From positions 248,001 through 312,000 of the forward strand of contig NW_026250427.1 of the NCBI RefSeq assembly GCF_024521635.1: a DNA stretch of 64,000 nucleotides. The letters run 5' to 3'. The DNA comes from Tricharina praecox. Lineage: Eukaryota. Both the position numbers and the translations under genes were made by a program. This document shows, one piece after another, positions 37,601 through 50,800 of this stretch; the first letter of the stretch is position 1; every line of letters starts with the position of its first letter. Under the pieces are notes generated by a model. That model was not told the DNA's origin and searched no databases. It saw nothing but the letters and a program-made list of their open reading frames with translations.

Positions 37601-39110
37601 ATACATCGAATTGAGTTGTTGCGTTGACGATCCGTGCTCCATAGTTTCGTCACTCAACACGGAAGTGAGACGTTCTTCCGGGTCTTCGTCGATGTCCCCG
37701 ATGAAGCGGCACACCGTTGCAGCATAGATGAATAGTCCTCCTGCTTTCCGAACGAGATTATCCAGGCTTGGTTTGTCCGGCCACCCCTCGGGTAGGTCAC
37801 AATTCATCCGGATGGTGTCGAACTCGTGTCGGAGGAACGTGGATATGTCGGGATTGACGGACTCGGGGTTTTCGTGAAGGATGATCTCTCGATAGGCAGT
37901 GCTCTCTATACCGCTGAGACGGAAGCGAATCGCAATTGGCGGTCTGCTGGTTACGAAAACCCTCAGCCGCACGGGGCCGAGGGCTTTTGCCTGAGAAAGC
38001 AGTTGAAGGAGCAGTTCGGTATCTTTCTCCCCGGCGCACTCGTCCAACGCATCGACGACTAGTAATAATGATTGAGGTGGTACATCATTCAGCTGAGAGA
38101 GTGGTTGACTGATGAGATTTTTCCACTGCTCTTTAAGGTTTTGTTTGAGGATATCGGGGTTGTCGCATATAGCCTTGCTTATGTGAGCGGCAAGGCCGGA
38201 GACATCGTGGGACCGCGCACGTGCCAGCTGGTAGGCGAGGGTGGAGAGGAATTTCGAAGCGTTGGCCAGATCACCCCGACCTTTCGTAAAGAAGAAGCTT
38301 GCCCCAAGTCTCCTCTCGAGGTCCCACTTGTGAGCAACCGTACGCGCAATGGTGGACTTTCCGGTGCCAGCCATGCCATTCAACCAGAAGATGCATGCAT
38401 CGTCGGGATTATCCGACCAGCGCATAATGTCGTTAAGGAGGTCTACTCGGGTGTCGTTTAGGCATGTAGGCTCGTGTTCCAATCGGCGCGAGTTGAAGGC
38501 GGCACCGTCGGCGCAGTGCGCTTCGGCTTTTACCGCAACCGTAAATCAGCTATGGAGAATCACATTGGAGCGGCTTCCTCTAACTCACCAAACTTCTCCA
38601 AGGCTCCTTGGGTTTGCGTGTAGTGGATCGTCGTATTTCCTCCTAGAAAAAGACGATGTGAGTTAGCCAAGTATTGCTCCGCCGTCAAAGAAGAGGTTGG
38701 CGAACCAAGCCCTACAGGCCCATCGAATTTTACGTGCTGGAATTCGTTGTGCTTCGAGTGCTCATATATACGAGAGTTGTTCGTGCTGATTGTTGTCGTG
38801 TTGACTCTATGGCTATCGATTGTGCTGCTGCTGCGACTGTCGGTTGCTCGGGCGATGGGAATCAGTAAGCTGCTTGGGCCAATATCGGGGCTATCTAGCT
38901 CCTCCAGCGGCTATGTAGATCTGAGTTAGGCAGCCTCCAACTCTCAGTGGTATCCGGAAGGGCGGTACTGACCGTCACGCGTGGTCTACCGCCGCTGCGG
39001 AGCGTTTCCCGCTCGTCCCTGAGTGGATCTGGCTGCGCATTGCGTGGTCGGCCCGACGGCTCCTCCGGTGACCGATCTCGCTTTCCTAGTACACTCCGAA
39101 GAGGAGTCAT
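34687..39110 (-). CDS. Fungal NLR: NACHT-WD40 (NWD/HNWD-like), 5 exons 39110-38973, 38910-38706, 38642-38589, 38526-36950, 36756-34687; about 1347 aa
   Basis: AAFNS..CL..TR pre-NACHT motif, P-loop GMAGTGKS, Walker B VVDALDEC, VTSRP, GGLFIYA, HLSFRDFL, HWLEALSL and PLQVYCSAL, then 12 full plus 1 partial WD40 repeats. Four GT-AG introns with CTRAY branch points keep one open frame (4044 nt). Confidence 0.93.
34975..36525 (-). repeat. Intragenic tandem array of 126-bp near-identical WD40 units
   Basis: gagaaagc recurs every 126 nt from 34979 to 36491 (13 occurrences). Confidence 0.97.
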
Positions 39111-40451
39111 TGCGGGCTATGTTGGGGCGATGAATCGAGTCGAAGGTAAAATCCAAGCTGTGGTGTCCGGTTGTGATTACAAAAGAAAGGGGCGGGCTGG
39201 CTTTGGTGTTATGCGATTCTGGCTGCGGGGTTGATTGTATGCGGAGTTGTTGGTGCACATACGTACTGTACTTACATGCAGCGATTTACCGATAGTTGCT
39301 GAACCAATGGTCCGGCGACATTTGTGCTCTGCGGCGTCGTATCCATGCACGCATTTTCGGGCCTGTTGCAACCCACGACTTTTACGATCAGCTGGCGACG
39401 ACTCGCTGAAACATAACGTATCAATTCACTGAAGAGGTAATGTCTCAGTTGTATTTGGTTTTGACACTTGGCGCACAAATTAGTGCCCGAACGAGAAGTA
39501 AAACAAATAGAAATAGAGGTAGAACTGTCTTTCGTATCAAAGGCCGAGATGCCAGATATAGAAAGCCGACTGCCAGATACGACAATAAAACTATCAGAGT
39601 AGAGTACGCCGAGTACCTCTTATTTCAGCATCCAACCCCCGCTGATAGCCGATAGCCTCCTCGGACTCGGGAGGCCATCCCGAATTCCCGAGCCAGCCCT
39701 CTTCGCATGTACAATACAGTCCTCCGGCCAACGGGGAAGATTGATTGTTACAAAGAAGGGAGGCGGCCTGCCACTGCTAAGACAAGGACGGCATCGCTGC
39801 CTCGTCGGCTATCTTATCTGATCGGAGATGGCGGGTGACACTTCTTGTCTGGACTCCCGCTCACCATCTTACAATCGACATTGCACCATTTAGATACCCG
39901 CGGCCGGTGAACCTCGAAAATCTCTATTAGTATGTATGATGTATTGCGAAACAAGTGATTGACACGGTGGTGGTTTCCCGAGACGCGCCACTCTCGTGTA
40001 TAGATTGTGTCGTACCAAGAGTTCAAGTTCGCCGGCCAAACAAGCTATATGGTATGTGCCTGTTGGTGGGTGGACACAGTGTACCTATGGGGGTGTGGTT
40101 GGGTTAAGGTTGGTAGGGGTGCTGACTACATACTTCATTTCTACATACTGAGTGCGCGAAGGCAGAGTCGGCTGGGCGTCATCGGTGGGCGTTGGAGAGG
40201 AGACCTTATCGAGACCCGAGTGGGACCTTGAATTTGGGGAGAGAGACCTTGCAGGGACCTGCTAGGACTAAGCGTTAAGGAGGGGAAACCCGATGCGGTC
40301 GTTGGACGTTGAAATGTTTTCCGTTGCTGCTTTTCTATTCAGAACCCACTCGGCTAGGTCTAATTAGGTCGGCCGACGTCGGGTTACCTGTTAACTCTAT
40401 CAGCCGCAAAATTTCCTTAGTTCCCGGCGGTAGTTAGAGCACTTCCGACGT

Positions 40452-40570
40452 CAAATGTTGTTTCTTAGCCAGACTTATCCCGACCCGACCTGAAAATTTA
40501 TGGTCTGGATATATCTGACCCGACCAGACCATACCCAAATATAGTCGGAACTGGTCTATGCAGAACACTG
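40452..40570. mobile_element. Degenerate copy of the hAT-type MITE
   Basis: Homologous to 53764-53883; right TIR ctggtctatgcagaacactg intact, left TIR eroded. Confidence 0.7.
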
Positions 40571-41479
40571 TCGGTTCGTCTGTTGTTCAAGTTTCAACAC
40601 CACAGATATACCCAAAAGTTCATAGACCTCTTTTCCTTTCGATTGAATCACGTTTCTACATTTCTCGTAAGACATCGGAAGGTCTCTCACTAGCATACGG
40701 CCACCGAGCGCGGAATCTCGTCGCAACGGAATGTGTCCAGGAGGACTGTGTGGATGGACACCGAGCTTAGCCGAATTGCGTCAAATGGAGGTGGCCGTCG
40801 TGTCGACACCCTCCGCGCACCCCCACCGGACGGATTAGGTATGTAATCCATATGGTCTTTGGATATTTAGGACCGTGCTTAGCTTTTTAGGTACATACCG
40901 GTAACGATCCGCCAAACCGCTCCGATATCCTAAAGCTGATCCAGAGTAGCTTTGTATGCCACGTGCGTAATCGTTTTCACACGAGACGCACACTATTGGG
41001 TTGCCGGTATCCCCGAGAGTACTAGGAGCAGTCAATAGGTCGTGCCTCACTACCTCTACAAATTATAAGCGCAAGGTGAGACACCACTTACCCTTACACC
41101 TGAGTACCTTTTATATACCATGGAATGCAGGGGGCATCCTTTTATATACCATGAATACCATGACAGGGACATAGTTTGACCCACAAACCTTTATTATGGC
41201 GGCGACAGGTGGCGATAGGCGTTCAGAGTCTGGTTCGAAAATCTCGTCGGTATGCGATGCCCGCTGCACCGCCACCCTAATTCTGAGTACAAAACCAAGT
41301 TTTTTTTAAGCAGTCGACTGGGTAGCGAGAGTTCGACAGAGAGAAAATGAATTCTTTTCTATTTTGTTTTATTGAAGCCCTGAAGCTTGCTATGGTGCTG
41401 CTTTCCCAACTTTTATACCGATTTTTCCGTGGGTTATGTGTTCCATCGGTTGAGAAGTAAAATCTTAGTTGGTATTTCA

Positions 41480-41600
41480 ATGACGAGTCAATCAAATTTA
41501 GTGGCGGGTCAATTTATCTTAGTGATGAATCAATCCATCTTAGTGACACACAAGTCACTAGATGTGCGCATGGCGAGTCAGTGACTTTTATGACTCAAGT
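41480..41600. repeat. Degenerate ~21-bp tandem repeat (ttagtgacgagtcaat-like)
   Basis: tgacgagtcaatc, tagtggcgggtcaat, tagtgatgaatcaatc and tagtgacacacaagtcac units; possibly DNA-transposon subterminal repeats. Confidence 0.45.
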
Positions 41601-42716
41601 GCAAATTGCACTCATCTGGTCTGCGCTGTTCACAACGCGCGACTAGAGACAAATTGGCCATTAGACAGTTACGAAATGCAAGCAAATCCTCAGTAAATTT
41701 ATTTCGATGATAATACCACGATACCTCGGGGTTCTCTCTTTTTCTACCCCACTGTCTGTCAAGTTGCATTGTCTTCGTTGCATCGACGCGTAAGATGCAG
41801 AATTTTTGCTGTGGCTGGTGAGGGCACTGGATACCTTTTTAGCTCCAGCCCGGGCATGATACCTTCGCTCAAAAGACATATTTCGCATAGAAGCTAAGCC
41901 TAAAACCGAGGAGCATCAATGATGGAAGTTCAACTCGAGAAGATACATGTTACACCTGACAGTGCACGCAATGATGTCTCTATGTCTCTACAAAGGCTAA
42001 GCACGGGTGCGAATCTGATTTCAACGCAAGCCGCTGTACCGGCTTCAGTCACATGTTCACAGCCTACGCACTGAGCGTCTAAAAATGCGTCCGGACACCC
42101 ACCGCGAACAACGAAAATCGTAGGGAGTTGACTCTAGAGTCCACCATACTTCAGGACTGCCGCAAGAAGCCACACTGTCGAAACGATACGAAACATTCGG
42201 TCCGCAATTCTCTATCGTGAGTCGCGTACGCTACATCGTGTTCACCTGCGGTGATGTTGAGTACATACCATCCCATTAGTTCCTGAAATTAATTGAAGTA
42301 GGCGGTTATTCTTGAGAAGTCAATGGAATCAATAGTATCCTCCTCTGTTGAACTACATGCCACCTTGCTTCAGCTTTTAGTGCCAGGCGAGAATGTGAGC
42401 TTGTACGAAATGCACGTGATATCCGCTAGAGCGCAACAGCGCAAGATCTACTCGTAGATACAGTGCGACGTGCGAACGTTCGATGCTTCTTCTTTTCCCA
42501 TGGAACCGTCCGTCGTGTAACATCAGTTCGGCAGTTAATCACTAATCACTTGCAGTTGCCTGTTAATTAGGCGCATGTGCATCCAGAACTCCCCAGGGTA
42601 CCTCGGCAAACACCATATCGCCAGCTATGAAGCTCGCGACAACTATATCAACCCGCACCCCACGTCACGAAGCTCAAACCTGACTCCCCCAATATCAACC
42701 AGTCACCCCACTCACC

Positions 42717-43884
42717 ATGTCGACCGCTGTCCCCAAGAACTACAGCTTCCTCCATTTCAATACCATCGCCATATCCCACGTACCACTCCCTCCGCCGGTG
42801 CCGCATCACCTTCATCCGCAAGCTCTCACGGTCGTAACCCTGAATCGGCCCAAGCATCTCAATGCATTCACGAAAGAGATGGCCCTGGAGCTGGAGCGCG
42901 CGTTCACCGTCTTGTCAGCGGACGAGCGGGTGCGCGTGATTGTGCTCACGGGTGCTGGACGAGCGTTCTGTGCGGGCGCGGATCTGAATTCCGGATTGCT
43001 AGGTACGAACGAGCAGCCATTCGAGCAGCATCGGGATGAGTGCGTTTCTTCCTCGATCCGAGTGTAAACGGGTAAAATTGACGGGAAAAACTTCAAGGGG
43101 CGGCATGGTCACCCTCGCCATCTACCGCTGCACAAAGCCTGTCATCGCCGCCATCAACGGTCCCGCTGTAGGGGTATGTACGTCTCTCCGTTCCACCGAC
43201 ACTCCCGGTCCGTAGGTATGCACGAGTACTTACAAGTCCTCATTCACGCGCCTAGGTCGGCATCACCATTACTCTGCCGTGCACGATCCGCATCACGCAC
43301 GCGCGAGCCAAAGTCGCATTCCCCTTCGTCGGGCGTGGGCTCGTCCCGGAAGCCGTCAGCTCGTGGTTCCTACCAAAGCTCATCGGGCACTCGCGGGCGA
43401 TGCATATACTCACCACTGGTGAGACGTTGCCGGGAAGTGACAAGTTGATCGAAGGGTTGTTTTCAGAGGTGCTGGCAGGGCCTGAGGATGTACGTGTGCA
43501 TCAGCTGCGGGCTAGCCGAGCGAGGTGCTGATCGACCGCAGGTTGTCCCCCGCGCCCTCGAAATCGCCACGAAGATCGCGACCCAGGCTTCCGCCGTGTC
43601 GGCATATCTCGTCAAAGCTATGCTATTCCATACACCTGCGACGCCCGAGGAAACGCATCTTCTTGACTCAAGGCTACTCGCGGAGTTGTTCGTCGGGCCG
43701 TAAGTCCTTTCCCCAGTCCTATGGAGGTCAGCAGCTAACAACATGCAGAGATAAGAAGGAAGGTATTCAAGCTTTCCTGGAGAAGAGACCGCCGGCTTTC
43801 GTGGCCGAGGTGAAGTCGGATTTGCCGCGTATCGTGCCCTGGTGGAAGGAGGTGGAGACCAAGATGAACAAGGCAAAGCTGTGA
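42717..43884 (+). CDS. Enoyl-CoA hydratase/isomerase (crotonase) family protein, 5 exons
   Basis: VTLNRPKHLNAF, VIVLTGAGRAFCAGADL, KPVIAAINGPAVGVGITITLP, GLVPEA, EGIQAFLEKRPP. C-terminal AKL is PTS1-like. Introns include 43040-43097 and 43174-43255. Confidence 0.92.
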
Positions 43885-44727
43885 TGGATGAGCTATCCGA
43901 GTTTACTCTATATGTCTCCCGATGAGTCCATGGATGCCATTTGGTACTTATTGATGTGGTTGGCGAAATTTAAAACATTGTGCCAGATGATCTCCACATG
44001 CAAATTAGTGACCAGCTGTCCACAAGGGGCTTAACGATGGTGAGATGACGGTTTCGAGTATCGAATCGGATATTCCTTCTATAGTGATGATCTTCCGAAG
44101 CTTGTCCGGAACCTTGTGAAATACGATACTACCGCGAGCGGAAATGCGAAGTCCAGCAATCGCAATGACTCACTCCCCATGGTCCTCGACCGTCACATCT
44201 AAGAACTGACTCGGTTATTGCTTTAAGGGCCTTGTCAGAGAGATGAACCATACTACCTATTATCCTATCCTTTCCCATGCGCCCTACGCGCCCTGCAGCG
44301 AGCCGTGGTACTCTAGAGACCCGGCGACAGTACAGTCGCTGCGGCGCCGCCGCGTCCCCAGGAAACGAAAGAGCGAAGCCACTTCTATACACATCTCGAC
44401 GCCACCCACCGGTTCAGTTTTTGCAGGCGGCTCTTTTGCCAACACCCCCTCTAGGCTAGAGGGGGGATCGAGAGGAGAGCACACACAGACGAAAGAGAAT
44501 ATATCAAGCTTGATCGTCTATTCGGTAGAAGATGATTGAGAAAGAAGACGAAGATGAAGAAGAAAGCTGGGAAAGAAAATTCCGTTCCTCACCCCGCCGC
44601 GCCTCCTGCCTCTTCGACAGGAGATGCCACGAACGAAGCTGTGGGAAGGAGTAGCGGGAGTGGTTCTGGCTCCTCAACCTCAGCACCCTCCTCCCCCTCT
44701 TGCCTCAGTCCCACTACTGGGTGTTTT

Positions 44728-45121
44728 CTGGCGTTGCCGCCTGTGACGCTAGTGCTTATCGCTAACAAGCCGAGTGACCGATGATGCGGCGGCGAAATTT
44801 CGATTTCAAGAACTCCTGGAACACCTATAAAACCCTCGCTCCCTCCCACACTCTCTCCTCTCTCCTTTTCTTCCATCATCATCGGCGAACATACCAGGTC
44901 AACCCACATATCAGGTCATCGCTCATTTCGATTCCTCTGCGATTCATCGAGTCACAGCGGGTCGATTGGGGGTGAGAGTATCTCTGTGTGTTGGTCTGGT
45001 ACTGTTTGCTTACTTTTTGGAACTGGGGTCTGGGCGCTCGGCTGCAGATGTTCTGACTGGATCCCCCTGTTTTTTTATTGCCTCTCTGGCTGCTATGCGA
45101 GAGGGCGAGGAAAGGAGAGCC
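44728..45121 (-). mobile_element. Dispersed non-coding element R, copy 3
   Basis: Same orientation as and closely similar to 6775-7150. Confidence 0.85.
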
Positions 45122-46748
45122 GGTGGACCGTGGGACTGGTCCGCTGGGGGTCCTGTCGAGAAGCTATATACCCTCGTAGCCCCCTCGTAATCAGAGAAAA
45201 GTTGAACAGCTGGGATGCCCGGTGCCGAACGGGTTCATCGGGGCCGGGGGCGATCAGAGTTTGCAGCTGCAACTGCAGCTTTGGTATCAACATTCACCTC
45301 GTCAGAAACCCCAGGCCTGAAAACACAGCTCCATACAACCCGAAAAGGCCCTCAGTTACCGACGCAATCTGTTATGACGCCCGACGCCCGACGACTGGCT
45401 ACATACCTATCTACATCCTACCTAGAGAACTGAAAACCAGCCGAGTGCGGATGCATGATCCGTCCCCCCAAAAAACCAATTTCAATTCTCAGAACTCCTG
45501 CAGGCTGCAACGCATATATGAGAGGGCGAGAGAGCGAGGAAGCGTAGGTACCTGTGTAGTCGGGAGCTGGGGGTCACTCTTGCTTGAACTTTGAAGTTCC
45601 GGCCCTCCATTGATCCACCTCGCTACTGCGCTGCGTAGAAGTAAACACAAAGAAGAATAGAAGTAAAACAGAAACAAAGGATTGGGTTGGATGTCTGTGT
45701 ATACAAGGATCCGCTTTCTCGCCCAGGAACCAGTGAGGTCAGGTGACAGGTCTCGGAATTGGACCTAGGTACTCAAGTTCTAAGAAGCAGGTAACTTAAA
45801 TGAGATGGAACCCCCCCACCCCCGGTGAAGACTTACTTCCGAATTTCCAAATCATATCATCGAGTCCTTCATCTCCCGATGTCCGGTCGGAACCACAGTG
45901 CATCTCCGGAAGATCCCATCAGTGCGCGTCACCAGACATCACTCGACAGCACGTGAGTCTTTACGTCACAACGCCACAACGCCACGGCCACCAGAGTGGA
46001 TCACTACTAGGTATCATACGTGGAGACCAAATGCACATCTAACGGCGAATGGGACTTTTGTTCGTTCGTCTGTTTCCCAGTTTCCCAGGTTCCCACGCAT
46101 CATCTGTCTGCAAGCAGCTACGGTATGGATCAACGTGAGCGATATACGAGTGGCCAGTGGCCAGGACGAGTCGGAGTTGTGAGTGGACATGAATCCTGAT
46201 TCGTTGCATTTCATTCACAGAGTCTTTATTTATTATTCGTCATCCATAACAGACATTATTCGTTCGTTCATTCGTTCATTCGTTTCATTCGTTGATTCGT
46301 GCAGCCATGATCCCACGGTCCACCGCGATCCCACGGTACCCTCCCACCCTCGCGACACGGTCTTGTAAATTTCTGATGCATGGTCAGCACGCTGTTCGCG
46401 ATGGAAAAGAGGAGCGATGGGGTGTACCATAGTAGTGATAGTAATACTAGCAAAGTATTCTGTGATGCTCATATTCCCCCGAGTCCAAACCACGTATCGA
46501 CATTGACAAATCAATGGATAATCGTGTCCTACGGTCTGGCGAGCAGAAGTGTGAGTGCGCGGGCAAGGAAGGGACAGAGACGGGGTATAAGTCGGCATGT
46601 ATGTATAAGTGTACACACGTACCTTTCTCACGATCCGTCCGTCCCGCCAGCACTGTTCCCCGCGCACGGCCAGCAATAATTCCGGGCAGCCTTGAAAGAG
46701 AGCGAAGGCATCGGCCCATCTGCGTGATATTCCATCGGCGACTACGCG

Positions 46749-47153
46749 CTAGACGCGGATGCACATGGGCGCGCGGTCCCACGCCTGCTCCCACCGCCGC
46801 TCGAGGGACTCGGGCAGGTTCATCTCGTCGAAGCATTCCTCGGGGGCGCGGATCAGGGCGATCTCCCAGCGCTTCTCGAGGTAGTCGGGGAGGAACAGCT
46901 GGGCCTCGCCGTCTTCGCCGGGGGAGGGGAGAGGGCAGTCGCGGACCAGGTCGATCCGCCGCGAGGTCAGGCTGCGTGTGCGGATCAAAGCGATCTCCCA
47001 GTGCTTTCCCACCTCGCCGCTGAACGCGTCCTTGATGGGCGATGAGGGCGCGGATGAGGGCGCAGATGTGGACCGGCCGTCCCGGACTAGCTTGGGCCGC
47101 TTTGCGAGGCTGCGCGTGCGGAGGATGGTGAGCATTGCGCTTGGTTTCGGCAT
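46749..47153 (-). CDS. Small orphan protein with internal repeats
   Basis: ATG at 47153 with GC3-rich codons. Repeated motifs RTRSL..R..LVRD (x2), WEIALIR (x2) and LP..LE.RWE (x2). Confidence 0.45.
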   Translation of the reverse strand: MPKPSAMLTILRTRSLAKRPKLVRDGRSTSAPSSAPSSPIKDAFSGEVGKHWEIALIRTRSLTSRRIDLVRDCPLPSPGEDGEAQLFLPDYLEKRWEIALIRAPEECFDEMNLPESLERRWEQAWDRAPMCIRV

Positions 47154-47657
47154 GTTGGGTGTGGGAGGAAGAGCGCCGCGTGAACGGGTTGTGTGTGCGA
47201 GCACAGGTCCAGCGAGGACTCTTCTGGTACTTAAAGTGTTTGCTGGGCTGGTGCACTCACACACCACTCCCCCCACCCAACGTTCGAATGCCGCATTCGC
47301 AGGCTGGGTTCCTTTGCAGTCGTCCAGCCGCAGCCAGCCCGCCGGTGTGGGTGTATGGGTGTGTGGGTGTCGGTGTGTGGGTGTGTGAGTGAGATTGTGG
47401 GTGAGTGTGTGGATCGGAGAGTGGCTTCGAGCCCACCATCAGCGATAGAGTGCACACAGTGGATGTTGGCGTTCTGGTGGCCATGCCGCCACGTTTCGGC
47501 CGTGCAGTCTATTCTAGAAGAGCTGATGCTGGAACCACCTGTCGTAACTCGTTGGCTGACTGTTACACCGCCAACCTTTTTATGGCACGACATGCAGCAC
47601 ACAGTCACCTCCCGCCAGACAGACAGCTACCCCACCCAGTGCACCCCACCCTGTTGA

Positions 47658-47812
47658 ATGTTCTGCGTGTTCTGTGTGTTCTCTGCCTTCCATGCATTCC
47701 CGGCGTTCTCCGTATTCTCCGTGTTCTGTGTGTTCTCTGCCTTCCATGCATTCCCGGCGTTCTCCGTGTTCTCCGTGCCCATCCTCCGTGTTCTCCGTGC
47801 CCATCCTCCGCA
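47658..47812. repeat. Nested tandem repeat (54-bp duplication built from 9-bp gttctccgt units, plus a 21-bp duplication)
   Basis: gtgttctgtgtgttctctgccttccatgcattcccggcgttctccgt occurs twice. Confidence 0.8.
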
Positions 47813-50800
47813 TCCTCCATGACCGCCGTGTTCTCTGCGATGCTTCCACCATTCTGTTTGCCGCCGCCCTCTCCCGTCCCCCTGTATGCTGCACCTTGAC
47901 GCAGCCGCGCCGTAAACGTCAAACTGCAATAGTAAGCTCGGCCAAAAACCCTGTTTCTGATACCCAACTGACGAATCGGCGCGATTTTTCGGCGAGGGTG
48001 ACTGGCTCCTCGCGCGCGACCTCTCGTGCGTGCGCAGTTTCCGGCCCGCCAGCCACTTGCTCTTAGCTACTTGCGGCTACCAATGGCGGCGGCGGAGAGA
48101 AGGTGCTGAAACACAACGAGGACGGTGGGAGGACGAGATAAGGTGGAACGGCGCCCAATAGCATGCCTAGCGCCGCAGCGAGCCCAGGATCCGGTGGTCA
48201 TATGTACCATGGCCAGCAAAACCTTGGCCCTGGTTGCTGGGACTGGGCTGCATAATGTTTCGGATTCCGTTCCATCGACGCCGTGGATGCTGGGCCAGAC
48301 TCCCAAGGCTGAGGAGTTGGCCGTGCAGCACTACTCTAATACGGTATGTTTGTATGCCTGTTGGACTGGGGGCACATACAGATGCTCGACGTTTCGCACT
48401 CATGTCGCCTTTGCCGCAGCAACACAGCAACGTGTTGACCTCCGCATTGGTGCCGATTCCACTACGGAATACATCGAATGATGAATCGGCGATCGGGCGC
48501 TACGATCCCAACCATGAGGAAATCGGTGTCCAGACTCCCGCTGGCTCTCTTGGTGCGAAACGTCAAAACACGATGTGGAATCCTGGACTGTCCTTCGCTC
48601 GAGTGCCAAATTCCAATGCTGCTCTTCCGACGAGTGCTACCCAACGTGCTGCAAGCTGCAAGCTGCAACTCGAGATGAACGCCATATCTCACCACGATCA
48701 CATGTCCGTGGGAGGGTGGGTGAACACAGTGAGCGAATCAGAACTTCTCGCACGCTGCAAGTGGCGTGGTCCGTCTGCGTCGTGGCCTAGGACAAGATCT
48801 TCCAGTTCGACTCGTGTTGTGTTTCGATTCTGGACGTGGCTGATCCTCGCATTGGGTCCGGCCAGTATTGGCCCCTTGCTTTCTTGCCATTGTCATGTGT
48901 GTACAATACGTAAAGCTCTCCCGCGCACCGACGACGCGGTGCATGGTCATCGGTAAGATCACCATGCCCCCCCATAATCCCGCACATGACATAGCTATGT
49001 AAATACAGTACTCTTCCTGTGTGCGCGATGCACGAAACGTGCCAATAATAAGCGACGACTCGTTTCACCAGCACGAAACCTCGTCAGCCACGGCCAGCCG
49101 TACGTATGTACGGCGTACGCACCGGAGTGCCATGACCTTGACAATATCTGTGGGGATTACCTTCGATGCCGCCGCTGTGCTTTTTCACGTATGTACGCGT
49201 AGGTAGACCGCCCATCTCGGCGCCGTACACTTGCTTGCTTGCTTTGTCGATCGGTGAACCGTGATGGTGATGGTGAAACCCCGCCTGGCCTCGCCGTCAG
49301 CCTACATACTTCCTTCAGGCTCCCCCGATTCTGGTGGAATCGGCGACGGAAGTGGAGCTTACACAGAGAACGTGATACCCACCTTCTCTGCCTCGTATGT
49401 AATCCCACTCCCAGTGACCCGCCGCGGGAGTGGATATCGGAGAAGGCATGAGGCATTCCCGTGAACCGGCACGGTTGGATTGCCTCGCAGTCCTGAGTCC
49501 ACCGTATTCGTATCCTCTCCGACTGGGCGTTTGTTATGTTACATGTATCGCCAACCTGCCCAACCGCCGCCGCTGGGCTTCAAGCCTCACAGCCAAAGGT
49601 GCACTTTGATATGTACGGTGTACCCCGTGATGTCGATGTGACTACGCCGGGCGCCCACGCCCACTGCAGCCGGCCGATTTCTCAGGTTCTGCGAGATCCA
49701 GATCCAATCCGCGGCGAGCCCAGTGAAGATATCCAGCCACCCAGTTTTTTTAGATTCTAGATACCGTAACACGCTCGCCCGGAGGCCTGGAGACTGGAGA
49801 TATGAGGGACACATACTCCACCGACCCTGCCGAAAATGATCCTATCCCGCCCTGCCCCACCCCGCCCCGCCAGGCGGGCTCGAGCCCGTTGGGAATGGCC
49901 AGCGGCCAGCCAGCCACTTAGTCCTCTGGAGTGACGGATTCCCTGATTTTCCAGAGATGTGGGGGCTCCGTACCCTCCCTACCAACTAACCATCTCCCGG
50001 CCATGCAGCCTCGAGCCTCCTGGTACAATAGAGACATCGGTGAAGAGAGCTACGGCCATGTCACTCGTTGTAAGTTGTACTTGTGCCGTGTCAATCTTGG
50101 GTTGTATGTAGGCACTACATATGTGGCGGCCGCTGTCATCGACTCATCGTATATAACAGGAGAAGCTGCGAGGCAGTCATGCTGACACATCTTTGGTTGT
50201 CAGGCGGCAGGCCGTTTCTGTCCTCTGCCGCTGGTAGATACCTACATACCCGAACTCACGCCGGCATTGGATGGAGACGGTCCCGCTGTGCCAGACTTCC
50301 AGTTGTAAGTTGTAACATCACCTGGGCCCGGGAGGGGGAAGATGTAAGTTGGTATTCTACCGTCAGTCCGTCAGTCCGTCAGCCCCTCGCTCAGCAGTAC
50401 GGATTCCGCACCGGTCTGTATGCATGTACGGCTGACATAACATAACAGATCAGAACAGAACAGAAAAGAACAGAACACGGCATCGAAAATTGATAATCCT
50501 TCTTGAGTATAGGTAGGTATACCTCGTCTCTAGTTTCACGTTTCAACTCCCGTGCCAACTATATAACTCCCGTGCTAACTGACTAACTACCGGTATACCC
50601 TACAAATAAGTATGTACTTTCTTGCTGACATTCCTCTCGGCTTATGTACATTAGGTGCGTATCACCTACATTGACTCCGCACTTTGGCTCCGCACTTTGG
50701 CCCGGTGAAGGACCATGGTGATCACTACATATGTAGAGTACTGCGGCCTGCGGCCTGACTACTGCAGCCTGACTAACTACACATCCATCTGACGCTGCTC

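Noticed and set aside
27400..42600. Starship or other giant element carrying the NLR
   Set aside because: No tyrosine recombinase (DUF3435) ORF or boundary direct repeats are visible.
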